Shown here: in pieces, positions 17,564-30,050 of the stretch
Position numbering within the stretch: position 1 is the first letter of the stretch
Layout of the letters: each line of letters starts with the position of its first letter
From: Methanothermobacter thermautotrophicus str. Delta H
GTDB taxonomy: Archaea; Methanobacteriota; Methanobacteria; Methanobacteriales; Methanothermobacteraceae
Direction of reading: 5' to 3'
Length of the DNA: 32,000 nucleotides
Assembly: GCF_000008645.1 (NCBI RefSeq)
Contig: NC_000916.1
Coordinates: forward strand, 1,050,001 to 1,082,000
Notes under the pieces: generated by a model
What the model saw: the letters and a program-made list of their open reading frames with translations, nothing else
Database searches by the model: none
Told to the model about the DNA's origin: nothing
Made by a program: the position numbers and the translations under genes

Positions 17564-18280
17564 CTAGACCAGTAGCAGTATGCCCAGTGTCAGGGTGAAT
17601 GCAAGGCCTATCATTATACCCTGAACCTTACCTGAGTACATACCTGCGAACATTCTGTTGGTGGAACCTATCATTTTAACCTGTGTCTGGATGTTCCTCA
17701 TCCTGGCCTCGATGAGTGCTGTTTCTGGTGCCACAGGCTTGACTTCTTCGCCTTCCTCTTCTTCTCCGCCTTCTTCAACCTTTATGACCATTGCCTCTTC
17801 TTCAAATGCGCCTGGGTCCTTTTCAATGCACTCCTTGACCTTGGCTTTGATGGCGTCGGCGTCCTCAACGTCTATGAGGTTGACGATTTCCAGCTGTTTC
17901 TGGAACCTCTCAATACCCTCATCTGGTATGTTCTCTATGTAGGGAATGGCACCTGTTGCACCGATGATGTTCCTCTTATCAGGGTCCACACCGTTCTGGT
18001 GGAGGGCCTCAATACTCTGTCCTGTGATGTGTCCCTGGACCTCTGAACCGCAGAGTATAAGGAACCTGATGTTGGGGTTTGATATGAGGTTGGCGATCAT
18101 CTTTTCGATACCGAGGTTCTCTGTCTTGCATGGCCCTGCGATGGCAGCGCCGGCCTCCACTGGTACGTCTTCTATGTGTGAGGCAAGGGTGGTGGCAGCC
18201 ACAGGACTTTCGGGGTCACCCACGATGTAGTCCCCGTTGACCACAGGCCATCCTTCAGCAGGTGATTTCTTTTCAACCAC
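17564..18280 (-). CDS. mtrA: Methyl-H4MPT:coenzyme M methyltransferase subunit A (corrinoid-binding)
   Basis: The 238-aa product starts [28 protein letters not shown]..., has an acidic linker ([11 protein letters not shown]) and a C-terminal TM anchor. Confidence 0.95.
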   Translation of the reverse strand: MVEKKSPAEGWPVVNGDYIVGDPESPVAATTLASHIEDVPVEAGAAIAGPCKTENLGIEKMIANLISNPNIRFLILCGSEVQGHITGQSIEALHQNGVDPDKRNIIGATGAIPYIENIPDEGIERFQKQLEIVNLIDVEDADAIKAKVKECIEKDPGAFEEEAMVIKVEEGGEEEEGEEVKPVAPETALIEARMRNIQTQVKMIGSTNRMFAGMYSGKVQGIMIGLAFTLTLGILLLV

Positions 18281-18292
18281 TCATAACACCTC

Positions 18293-18595
18293 CTATAAGA
18301 GCAGGGCAAACAGGATGATCAGACCAAGAATGAACCCGTAAACCATGTTGGTGAGTTTACCTGCTGTGAGGTACACTCCCTCCCTTCCAGGATAGGAATC
18401 CAGTGGGGTGGTTGTTGGGTCCAGTGAGTTAATCAGATCATCTGCTGTAGCCTCTAATTCTGCTATCTGTTCGTTTATCTCATCCATGGATAATATTATA
18501 ACTTCCCTTCCGAGAGCAGCCCCTATCATACCGGTGGAAGGATCAAGGGTCAGGTTGTATTCCGGAGCGATCTTAACAAGTGGTAACATTTCCAT
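18293..18595 (-). CDS. mtrB: Methyl-H4MPT:coenzyme M methyltransferase subunit B
   Basis: The 100-aa product has a C-terminal TM helix and fits the operon position. Confidence 0.9.
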
Positions 18596-18607
18596 TTTTA
18601 AAGCCTC

Positions 18608-19411
18608 CTACTGCTCTTCCTCCTTAGGCCAGAGACCTGACCATTTCACGGATGCGGCTTCCTCGAAGGATGCGCTCACGAATGACTTGAAGGCCACGAC
18701 CCAGCAGAGTGCACCCACCAGTGAAACCAGCCACCAGCCAGGGTTCAGTCCTATTCCAAGGAGGCCAGCAATGGCCATTGATATGAATCCTGTTGATGCT
18801 GCCAGCTTGAGTGTCCTTGTCTGGTTCTCGTTTGGTCCCAGACAGGCGTTGAATGGGTGCTGGATTGCCATTGTGTTGAGTATGAAGAGCAGACCTATGA
18901 ATCCTGTTGCTATGACTGATGTTAGAACCGCCTGCATGGTGTAGCTGCCTGCAATGGCCGCTGAAAATCCAAGCACTGAGAGAGCTGCTGCCCCTGAAAT
19001 CTCAGCTGTGCATTTCTCAAGGATCGGGATTTTCATCTTAACTATCTTCTTACCGAGTACGGCCACGACGACACCCAGTATCATGGCGAGTATGAGTCCG
19101 ACGACTGGTGCTGCCAGTGCAGGTAGCGTGAACACTGATGCGAGTCCGGCGACAACACCGACTATACCTATTGAAACTGACATGTAACCTATTGATGGGA
19201 CACCGGTACCCAGACCGTAACTTGCAACCCTTCTTATGGCGTCTGCACCCCATATGATTGCGCAGACAGCTCCCAGGGATGCGAAAACGGGGCCTATGAC
19301 CGGGTTAACCGTTGATGCGTATATGCCTCCCAGTCCACCGATTATTCCGAGTGCCATGAGCCTGCTTTCAGGTATGGCTGCACCGGCCGGTCCTCCTGCT
19401 GCTACTGACAT
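18608..19411 (-). CDS. mtrC: Methyl-H4MPT:coenzyme M methyltransferase subunit C
   Basis: It is a polytopic membrane protein. I take the start at internal Met 23 of the track ORF ([12 protein letters not shown]...), which forms a TAATG overlap with the mtrD stop. The 22-codon upstream extension lies inside mtrD. Confidence 0.9.
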   Translation of the reverse strand: MSVAAGGPAGAAIPESRLMALGIIGGLGGIYASTVNPVIGPVFASLGAVCAIIWGADAIRRVASYGLGTGVPSIGYMSVSIGIVGVVAGLASVFTLPALAAPVVGLILAMILGVVVAVLGKKIVKMKIPILEKCTAEISGAAALSVLGFSAAIAGSYTMQAVLTSVIATGFIGLLFILNTMAIQHPFNACLGPNENQTRTLKLAASTGFISMAIAGLLGIGLNPGWWLVSLVGALCWVVAFKSFVSASFEEAASVKWSGLWPKEEEQ

Positions 19412-20112
19412 TAGAAGACACCTCCATATACGAGTAATGTTGAAAGGGCGCCTGCAACAATGGAGGCTATGAGACATGCCACTATTCCCCTTCCGATCCT
19501 CTTGAATTTAGGATCGTGGAAACCTTCTATGGTACCTCCAATGTTATATGATGCAATAACCGCGTTTATGAAGAATATACCGACGGCGAAGATTGCTGCA
19601 ACACCTGCAGCGCCAATTGCACCATATGAAAGGGTCTTAAGGGCTTCGTTGAGTGCCCAGTATATGAGCCCACCACCTATTCCACCGAGGGCTCCCCCGA
19701 TTATACCGCTGACAAAACAGACGGTTGGTAGACCATGACCCTCGGTACCTGGTGTGACGTATTTTTCCTGTTCCATGCCTGTTAGGGGGTCCACAGCCAC
19801 CTTTGCAGATACAGGAACTGTACCCACACCATATACATAGATGAGGTTACCCACAAGCATGGTGATACCTATCATGAGCATTGAACCAACGGCTCCAGCA
19901 GCCATTATCATGAGTGGGGACTGTCCGGTCATGGCTGCAGCTGTTATGAGTCCTGTTAAACCTGCACCTGCAGCAAGCATTGCTGTACCGGTACCCACTC
20001 CTGTGGCTGTTGCCATAGCTGCTGGCGCACCACCCACAGGTACGAAGTGAACACCTCCACCTATGAGTACTCCTCCAGCGGTTATAGCTCCTATCAGTAG
20101 TAATGGATCCAT
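19411..20112 (-). CDS. mtrD: Methyl-H4MPT:coenzyme M methyltransferase subunit D
   Basis: The 233-aa product is a Gly/Ala-rich polytopic membrane protein. It directly abuts the mtrE stop. Confidence 0.95.
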   Translation of the reverse strand: MDPLLLIGAITAGGVLIGGGVHFVPVGGAPAAMATATGVGTGTAMLAAGAGLTGLITAAAMTGQSPLMIMAAGAVGSMLMIGITMLVGNLIYVYGVGTVPVSAKVAVDPLTGMEQEKYVTPGTEGHGLPTVCFVSGIIGGALGGIGGGLIYWALNEALKTLSYGAIGAAGVAAIFAVGIFFINAVIASYNIGGTIEGFHDPKFKRIGRGIVACLIASIVAGALSTLLVYGGVF

Positions 20113-21000
20113 CTATTCATCCTCCTTGTATGGTCCATATCTGTTTCTTGCAAAGACTTCAAGTCTGTTGTTGAGGATTATCAGTAACAAGACTATTATG
20201 AGGCCGGATATTATTCCGCCGGTTATACCGAAGACTATTGTGTTCCAGAAGCTGAGGAATACGATTGCACCGAATGCGAATCCTGTTAAGGGTCCGCCGT
20301 ACTTTGCACAGAAGTGAACAACGTCCATTGAGTTCCTTGCACCCAGCTCTGCCTTTGTTGTTATGTCACCGTGAATCGCAACCGGGATACCTCCACCGAA
20401 GGGGTACTGCTGGTACTCCCTTTCAGCACCGTAGTGGACGTCCCCTGTTGATGAACCGATTGCACCTATTGTTATACCCCAGAGCACTGCCAGAAGTGGC
20501 AGCGGGAATGGGTGTGCAAAGCCAGGGATTGGTAGTGTCATGAGGTATGATAATCCTACAATACAGAATGTCACAATAAATCCATGCCCTGCAATTGGGC
20601 CTAAGTGCTGAACCAGCATGTCCATGAAGAGTGGCTGGTTGAACTGGGACTGGCTAACAATTCGTCCCATGTGGGATGTTACAGCGTAGGTTGTGTGTAC
20701 CATTGCGGCGATTACAGCGCCAACTGCAATTGCCATTATCACAGGCAGCTGCATTGACTGCATCAGCACATATGCAACTGAACCAGCAATTCCGCACCAG
20801 GTCCCGTAGGCAACGGGTTCCCCTGAAACGGCCTTGTTGATTATACGGTGCAGGTGTCCCATCTGTGGTGCCAGCTGAACCTGTGAGTTGGGGTTACTCT
20901 GGGATCCTACGTCAGACTCTAAGTCCTCTGCGGCTCCTGCTATGGTTGCAGCTGCACCCATGAGAGCTACAACACCTAAACCTGTTATCATAGGGTCCAT
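20113..21000 (-). CDS. mtrE: Methyl-H4MPT:coenzyme M methyltransferase subunit E
   Basis: The 295-aa polytopic membrane protein is preceded by an AGGAGG Shine-Dalgarno site. It is the first gene of the mtr operon. Confidence 0.95.
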   Translation of the reverse strand: MDPMITGLGVVALMGAAATIAGAAEDLESDVGSQSNPNSQVQLAPQMGHLHRIINKAVSGEPVAYGTWCGIAGSVAYVLMQSMQLPVIMAIAVGAVIAAMVHTTYAVTSHMGRIVSQSQFNQPLFMDMLVQHLGPIAGHGFIVTFCIVGLSYLMTLPIPGFAHPFPLPLLAVLWGITIGAIGSSTGDVHYGAEREYQQYPFGGGIPVAIHGDITTKAELGARNSMDVVHFCAKYGGPLTGFAFGAIVFLSFWNTIVFGITGGIISGLIIVLLLIILNNRLEVFARNRYGPYKEDE

Positions 21001-21028
21001 ATTTCTTCCTCCTTTTATTTTTTTGAAT

Positions 21029-21075
21029 AAAAAAAATTAGGTGCATTACACTTAAAAAGTTTGTGCAATGCACCT
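21029..21075 (-). terminator. Hairpin plus U8 intrinsic-terminator-like element between mcrA and mtrE
   Basis: On the minus strand, AGGTGCATTGCAC (21075..21063) pairs with GTGTAATGCACCT (21051..21039). That gives 13 bp with one G-U pair and an 11-nt loop, followed after AA by T8 (plus A8 at 21029-21036). Confidence 0.6.
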
Positions 21076-21083
21076 TCGTTAAT

Positions 21084-22736
<1,653 letters not shown>

Positions 22737-22755
22737 AATCTACACCTCCCCCGGA

Positions 22756-23505
22756 TTATTCTGGGTTGTACCCTCCCTGTGATCTTAAAACGTGGATCCT
22801 CTGCATGATCTCCACGGCGTCTGTATCATCACGGTAGGCTTCACCATCCACACGGTAGATGGTTGTTTTGTTCATGAGGGTTTCCTCATCCAGTGGTTCA
22901 CCAAGGTCCACGGGTTCGTCGAGTTCGTCACCGATCTGGTTCTTGACCATTTCGACTCTGCCGGTGTCCTTGTTGTAGATCTGCCTTCTCAGCATGTCGA
23001 ACATCATACCGTCTTCGTCGAGACGGAGTGAGTGTCCGTGGACAGATTTACCTCTGACACCTGATCTTGCAGGGTCAAAGAATTCTGTTTCAAGGAGTTC
23101 CTTGGATATCTTTTCAAGGTCCCTCTCCCTGGTCTCGATGATCTGACGTCCTGAGAGTGTACCTGCGTCTGCACCCCTGTACCTGCAGAGGTATGCCCTT
23201 GATCGTACGTATGGCTGTGCTGGAGCAAAGTACATTGAGTCTGTGAACTGTATGTATCGGACCCTGTCACCGGCCTTTGCACCGTCTATTGGTTCAACCA
23301 TTTCTCTTATTGCGTCCTCTGGTTCATCCATCTCTTCCAGTGGTGGGTGAACACTTGGATATTCTTCCCCTGGGGCCCTGTGACCCAGAATCTTTACTAC
23401 ATCTTCATCTGAGATTTCTCTCAGCTTTTCGAGTTCGTATTCAGGGTTACAGAAATTCCTTCTGTTCTGAGCAACCTTACTTGTTCCGGGATAGTATTGT
23501 GCCAT
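22756..23505 (-). CDS. mcrG: Methyl-coenzyme M reductase I gamma subunit
   Basis: MAQYYPGTSKVAQNRRNFCNPEYELEKLREISDEDV is the recognised McrG N-terminus. The track start three codons upstream is rejected. Confidence 0.97.
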   Translation of the reverse strand: MAQYYPGTSKVAQNRRNFCNPEYELEKLREISDEDVVKILGHRAPGEEYPSVHPPLEEMDEPEDAIREMVEPIDGAKAGDRVRYIQFTDSMYFAPAQPYVRSRAYLCRYRGADAGTLSGRQIIETRERDLEKISKELLETEFFDPARSGVRGKSVHGHSLRLDEDGMMFDMLRRQIYNKDTGRVEMVKNQIGDELDEPVDLGEPLDEETLMNKTTIYRVDGEAYRDDTDAVEIMQRIHVLRSQGGYNPE

Positions 23506-23506
23506 A

Positions 23507-24103
23507 TCATGCACCTCCTAATGCTAACTTAACCTTTCTTATAATCTCATCAAGTTTTTCCTGGGGACAGGTTTCTCCTCTTATGACTCCACTCACAATG
23601 TCAACGATGGTGCCCTTTGTTTTTGGTTCATCTGGCATGACAGCCCTTGTCCTTACACCTATCTTTGCAAAGTCCTCGAAGTCCACGGGGTATTCGCAGA
23701 TGATTATGCATGGTCTGTCGACGTTCCTGAGTATGAGGCGCGCCTTGTAGGTAATGTGATTTTTGACTCCTCCAAGGTGTACGACCAGGAGTTTGTGCCT
23801 CTTCATCTGCTCGACTTCAGCCGGTGTCAGACCGAAGAGACTTCCTGCTCCAGCGCTTGGAGCGTCCTGCGGTACTCCTGCACCTGCATTCAGGACTATG
23901 GTGCTGGTCATTATGTTGGCTTCCCTGAGGGCGAATGTTATCTCGCAGACAGGCTTTGTGATGTGGCGTCTGCCAGGTGACATTGCCACTGCAAGGACTT
24001 CACTTCCACACTGGGCGAAGGTGCCCCTCTGGGCTATTCCTCCCCCTTCACCCATTCCCATTGTTTCTCTGCAGTCAACAACGTGAGTGCACTTTCCGAT
24101 CAT
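23507..24103 (-). CDS. mcrC: Methyl-coenzyme M reductase operon protein C
   Basis: The 198-aa product fits the position between mcrD and mcrG in the mcrBDCGA order. Confidence 0.95.
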
Positions 24104-24541
24104 CTAATGCTCCTTTTTCCTTTTTATTATGGTGGCCCTTTCACTGAGCCGGGCGTTCTGGTCTGTGAGACCTATTAGTTCCTCCGGCACCTTATCAAGG
24201 TCCTCACCATACTTTATCTCATCCGTCACTGTCTTCTGCGTCCTTATATATTTTCCAGGAGTAACATCGTATCCAAAGGGCAGGAGATCCTCACAGACCC
24301 TTTTGATGTCAGCTATTGTGTCCTCGTCCTCTATCTCAAGGAGTACTCGGCCTGTTTTCACCTGAAGCTCGAATTCATGACCTTTAACGCTGATTATGCG
24401 TCTGTCAGGGTGGTCCTCTGGTGGCAGGCGCTGTCCATGTATCACCATTCTCTTAACGCCGCTGATGTCCTCAAGGCGGTTAAGGAGTTTCTCGGTGGTG
24501 TCAGCCCCTAGTAGCCGGTGTGGAAATATCTGAACGTCCAT
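24104..24541 (-). CDS. mcrD: Methyl-coenzyme M reductase operon protein D
   Basis: The 145-aa product abuts mcrC with no gap and fits the operon position. Confidence 0.95.
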
Positions 24542-24572
24542 TGGTTTTTTGCCCCCAGTTCTGAGAGATTAT

Positions 24573-26012
<1,440 letters not shown>

Positions 26013-26264
26013 ATGCATATTTAACTTGATTATAATTAATTAAGATTTCTTTCTGAATCAAGTCGAAAGCTTTATATGTAAAAACACCTTTTTTTGGGTT
26101 TTCTGGATTTTTTATATGGTGGCGTTGATTTTTGTGATCATCCCAAAGCAGAGTATCATCAGCAGGGAGTAATAATAATCATCCTCTGGTCATTCACAGT
26201 CACTGCCCCATGGGTCCAGAGCCGGTAATAAATTATATTTAGAGCTCTCCACAGAGAGAGTGAC

Positions 26265-27515
26265 ATGCAGATAATAGCTGATTTAGGTGGTATACCTGGA
26301 AAGGACTGCAGGGGATTCTGCAGGTACTGCTACTTCCGTAAAGTTGGTGAATTTGAAGCATTTGGGTGTAAAAACTGTTCACCAGGTAGGGTTGGATGTG
26401 AAACTTGTGGAAAGGGTGTTGCAGAGATTGGTAATGAATTCCTGCCCCCCTTTCTTGTCATGGGCAACGTGCAGACAACTCTCATGATGGGGAATTTTCA
26501 GGATAGGGACGTGAAGATAAACATCAGCGGCGGAGGGGATGTGAGCTGCTACCCCCACCTTGAGGAACTCACAGCAGGTCTTGGTGAATTCGGAATCCCC
26601 ATACATCTTGGTTACACAAGCGGGAAGGGGATAGATGACCCAGGAATCGCCTCGAGGCTCATTGAAAATGGTGTTGATGAGGTCACCTTCACCGTGTTCT
26701 CAGCAAACCCTGATCTGAGGCGTGAGTGGATGCGGGATGAAAATGCCTTCCAGGGGCCCCTTGAGGCCCTCAGGATATTCTGTGAGTCCTGTGAGGTCCA
26801 TGCAGCATCTGTGATAATACCCGGGGTAAACGATGGCGATGACCTCCTTGAAACATGCGCGAGACTCGAGGAGTGGGGTGCCACCGGTTTCATCATGATG
26901 AGATTCGCCAACTATGAACACCAGGGCCTCATACTTGGAAATGAGCCCATCATTGAGGGCGTGGAGCCCCACACCGTCTCTGAATTTGAAGAACTTGTGA
27001 GGGCAATTGACCGGGAATTCAATCTCCGTGTGACCGGAACCCCGGTCTGTGACCCCCAGAACGGCACGCCCTTTGTCCTTGCAGCTGATTCAAGCAGGGA
27101 ATACCTTGAAATCCTCCCTGAGATTCAGGGCGAGGCCACCATAATCACCGGATCCATTGCAGCACCCTACATAAGGAGGATAATACACAACCTTGGGGCT
27201 GATGACCTGGTGAACGTTGTTGGTGTCAATAAGGACATAGCCTGCCTCATAACCCTCAGGGACCTTGAGGAGGTGGATCCCGGCGATCTGAGGGAAACAG
27301 TCATAATCCCTGGAAGGGCCTTTGTGCATGACATGCAGGCCAGGGAGGTTCTCAGCCGTGACGGTGTCGACCGGATCGTTGTGAGGGGCCCTGACAGGTT
27401 GACGGTTGATGGGGAGATGAGTGGCACCCTCTCAGAGTATGACGTGATCGAGAGGGAGATGGAAGCCTTCTATGAACTCATACAGGCAATAAATTTCTTT
27501 GGTGCTTCTGAATGA
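26265..27515 (+). CDS. mmp10: Methanogenesis marker protein 10 (Mmp10), the radical SAM methyltransferase that makes 5-methylarginine in McrA
   Basis: The N-terminal CRGFCRYCYF is a CX3CX2C radical SAM motif. Strong recalled similarity runs along the whole length to characterised Mmp10 (GGGDVSCYP, IHLGYTSGKG, IIPGRAFVHDM, DGVDRIVVRGPDRLTVDGEMS). It is divergent from mcrB. Confidence 0.9.
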   Translation: MQIIADLGGIPGKDCRGFCRYCYFRKVGEFEAFGCKNCSPGRVGCETCGKGVAEIGNEFLPPFLVMGNVQTTLMMGNFQDRDVKINISGGGDVSCYPHLEELTAGLGEFGIPIHLGYTSGKGIDDPGIASRLIENGVDEVTFTVFSANPDLRREWMRDENAFQGPLEALRIFCESCEVHAASVIIPGVNDGDDLLETCARLEEWGATGFIMMRFANYEHQGLILGNEPIIEGVEPHTVSEFEELVRAIDREFNLRVTGTPVCDPQNGTPFVLAADSSREYLEILPEIQGEATIITGSIAAPYIRRIIHNLGADDLVNVVGVNKDIACLITLRDLEEVDPGDLRETVIIPGRAFVHDMQAREVLSRDGVDRIVVRGPDRLTVDGEMSGTLSEYDVIEREMEAFYELIQAINFFGASE

Positions 27516-28828
27516 GTCGTGTAACTGTTGTAACACCTGAACACTACAATTACGGTTCAATGCTCATTGCAGGAGCCCTTAGGGACCTTGGACACAGGGT
27601 TGAAATCAGAAAGGGATTTGATGGTGTTAAATCAGAGATCGTATTCATAAGCCTTCAGTCCACCATCCACCTCCTGAGATACAGGGATATTATTAATAAA
27701 ATGGGCGGCTTCAGGGTGGTGGGGGGTCCGGTCAGCATAGACCCTGAGATGGTATTCAGGTACCTCGATGTGGACCTCGTGGTGATGGGTGAGGGTGAGG
27801 ACAAGGTCGGTCCTGTGATGGAGCTTGCAGCTGGAAATTGTAAACCAGAGGATGTCCCCGGTGCAGCCTTCAGATCACCGGAGGGAATTGTGGTCAGTGA
27901 ATCATCACCCTGCCCCATGGAGAGGCCCCTACCCCTTGTTCCAGGTGATATCTCCAGGGAGGATATACGGGGTGCCAGTGTCTACATTGAAACCCACAGG
28001 GGATGTCCCGGTAACTGCACCTTCTGTCAGGTCCCTGAATTCTTTGGCAGAAATGTGAGGAGCAGGCCCCTAAAGGACATAATCATGGAGGTCCGGGAAC
28101 TGAAGTCATCGGGTGCCAGGAGGTTCGCCATAAGTGGAGGTACAGGCACCCTCTATGGCAGCAGCAAATTCAGGGGTATTGATGAGGAAGCCTTCAGGGA
28201 TCTTCTGAGGTGCATAAGTGAGGTCACCGGCAGTAGAAACCTCACCGTGCCGGATATAAGGGTCGATATGGTCAGCCCAGAGATTCTTGATGCCATATCA
28301 GAGTACACGAATGGATGGGTCTTCTATGGTATAGAATCCGGGAGCAGGAGAATGCTCAGGAAGATGAAGAAGGGCATAACCCCTGATCAGGTTGTTGAGG
28401 CCGTTGAACTTGCAAGGGAGTACAACTTAAAAGTTGCAGGCTCCTTCATCGTCGGTTACCCTGGTGAGGACGATGATGACTACCAGGAGACCCTTGAACT
28501 TGCAGATGAACTCATGCTGGATGACTACTTCGTGAGCATAGCCGAGCCACTGCCCGGTACTGAACTCGGTGAGGAGGTCATGGAACTCCCTGAGGATGAA
28601 AACCCGGTATTCATGAAGTCCAGTAACAGGCGATTTGATAGTCTGGCAGAGGAGAGGGCCTTCAATTTACTCCTGGAATCCTATGTATTCCGAAGTGTGC
28701 CGGTCCCCATGACGTCCAGGCTTTTAAAGTCAATAACTGAGGAGGTTCGTCAGCAGCAGGAGCATATAAGAACCGTTACCGGATGCTCAAGGGAAAGCTG
28801 TGATGGATTCGGAGGTTTATCACTCTGA
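27512..28828 (+). CDS. Class B (cobalamin-binding domain) radical SAM enzyme; candidate McrA glutamine C-methyltransferase
   Basis: The N-terminal Rossmann-like B12-binding domain (VTVVTPEHYNYGSMLIAGALRDLGHRV...VVGGP) is followed by the radical SAM motif CPGNCTFC. A 4-nt ATGA overlap with mmp10 implies co-translation. The functional call is an inference from context. Confidence 0.8.
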   Translation: MSRVTVVTPEHYNYGSMLIAGALRDLGHRVEIRKGFDGVKSEIVFISLQSTIHLLRYRDIINKMGGFRVVGGPVSIDPEMVFRYLDVDLVVMGEGEDKVGPVMELAAGNCKPEDVPGAAFRSPEGIVVSESSPCPMERPLPLVPGDISREDIRGASVYIETHRGCPGNCTFCQVPEFFGRNVRSRPLKDIIMEVRELKSSGARRFAISGGTGTLYGSSKFRGIDEEAFRDLLRCISEVTGSRNLTVPDIRVDMVSPEILDAISEYTNGWVFYGIESGSRRMLRKMKKGITPDQVVEAVELAREYNLKVAGSFIVGYPGEDDDDYQETLELADELMLDDYFVSIAEPLPGTELGEEVMELPEDENPVFMKSSNRRFDSLAEERAFNLLLESYVFRSVPVPMTSRLLKSITEEVRQQQEHIRTVTGCSRESCDGFGGLSL

Positions 28829-30043
28829 AAATTTCATGGATGCATTTTTAATGACCTCCTCAAGGGATGATCCCTCTGGAGGTACTTTTCCAAGAAGATA
28901 ATCCGAAAAAAGAAGTTCTGGACCCTCTGATAATTTTTCGATCACCAGAACGTCAATATTCTCATCTTTCAGGAGCTCAGCAGCTCGAATCCCCCTCTTT
29001 GTTCTAAGTGATTTCCCGGAATTTTCAATTATCCTGTAATCGAGTATCTCACCCCTCCTGGTTCTTGCAATAAGGAAGGAGTCTGCCCTTCCAAAGTGGG
29101 TGCTGATTCTGGATTCCATTCCATGGTTATCTGCAAGCGGCACCGCAACCACAACCTCCTCCCTTTTAACTGTCTCCGGCTGTACCGTGAGGTGGTCAAT
29201 GGATGGGAGAACCTCCTTAACCCGGGAGTTTATCTGAGAAATGATCCCCTCTATCTTATCCACAGGCAGGCCCCTTTCAAGTTCAATATGCAGCTCGCCA
29301 AAGAGGTAGGGTCCAGATCTTCTTATTCTGATATCATGAACCCCCTCAACACCTGGGACCGATAAGACCGTCTTCTTTATGACTTCAATGGAATCACGGT
29401 CAATACATGCATCAAGGAGGGTCAGAACATCATATTTTGCAAGCCTGATCCCAATATAAATTATCACCACAGATATTATCACTCCTGCGATTCCCTGAAA
29501 GCCATGAAGCCCCATGTACTCCCCGAGGATCCCTAGGAAGACAAGAATGGAGGATATGACATCCACGTAGCTGTGCTTTCCATCGTTAAGGAGGGCTGTT
29601 GAACCGATTCTCCTCCCAACCCTAACCTTATAAAATGCAATGGCATAGGAGACTCCAATCGATATCAAACTCACTGCAAGGCTTGCAGTGGCCATGGAAA
29701 CCTCTGAAGCTGGATTTAAAATGTAAATAATGGAGTCCCATGTTATCTCCAGACCGGTTATTATGATCAGCACTGAAACGAGGAGGGAAACAAGGGTTTC
29801 AATTCTATGGTATCCATAGGGAAATAGTTCATCAGGTTTTCTCTGTGAGAGCTTAAGACCAATGAATACGGCGGCTGATGAGAATACATCCGCAAAGGAA
29901 TGTATAGCATCTGCTATCAGGGCTATATTTCCAGAGAGATAACCGGTAAACCCCTTTATCACCACTAAAATCATGTTGATGATTACCGAATACTTGGAAG
30001 CGGTTTCTCCCTCCTTCAGTGGTGCTCCATCATTCTCTTTCAT
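28820..30043 (-). CDS. Cation diffusion facilitator (CDF) transporter fused to a C-terminal NifX/NifB-like (dinitrogenase FeMo-cofactor-binding family) domain
   Basis: CDF hallmarks are present: ADAIHSFADV in TM2, YGYHRIE, six predicted TM helices, and a cytoplasmic domain VHDIRIRRSGPYLFGELHIEL. An extra segment of about 110 aa follows, VVVAVPLADNHGMESRISTHFGRADSFLIA...IDVLVIEKLSEGP, carrying the HFGRA signature of the NifX/NafY/NifB-C family. Confidence 0.8.
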   Translation of the reverse strand: MKENDGAPLKEGETASKYSVIINMILVVIKGFTGYLSGNIALIADAIHSFADVFSSAAVFIGLKLSQRKPDELFPYGYHRIETLVSLLVSVLIIITGLEITWDSIIYILNPASEVSMATASLAVSLISIGVSYAIAFYKVRVGRRIGSTALLNDGKHSYVDVISSILVFLGILGEYMGLHGFQGIAGVIISVVIIYIGIRLAKYDVLTLLDACIDRDSIEVIKKTVLSVPGVEGVHDIRIRRSGPYLFGELHIELERGLPVDKIEGIISQINSRVKEVLPSIDHLTVQPETVKREEVVVAVPLADNHGMESRISTHFGRADSFLIARTRRGEILDYRIIENSGKSLRTKRGIRAAELLKDENIDVLVIEKLSEGPELLFSDYLLGKVPPEGSSLEEVIKNASMKFSE

Positions 30044-30050
30044 GTCAATT

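Noticed and set aside
18608-19477. N-terminal extensions given by the ORF track for mtrC (to 19477), mcrB (to 25925), mcrG (to 23514), the fdhB-like gene (to 2593), hmd (GTG 4560) and the ASKHA-like gene (to 14531)
   Set aside because: The extensions overlap the preceding gene or AT-rich promoter DNA. Internal starts reproduce the known protein N-termini (MAKFEDK, MAQYYPG, MKLAILG) or sit behind a correctly spaced Shine-Dalgarno site.
26117-26173. 18-codon ORF (MVALIFVIIPKQSIISRE) in the mcrB/mmp10 spacer
   Set aside because: It has no Shine-Dalgarno site or other translation signal and overlaps a TATA-like tract. It is indistinguishable from chance.
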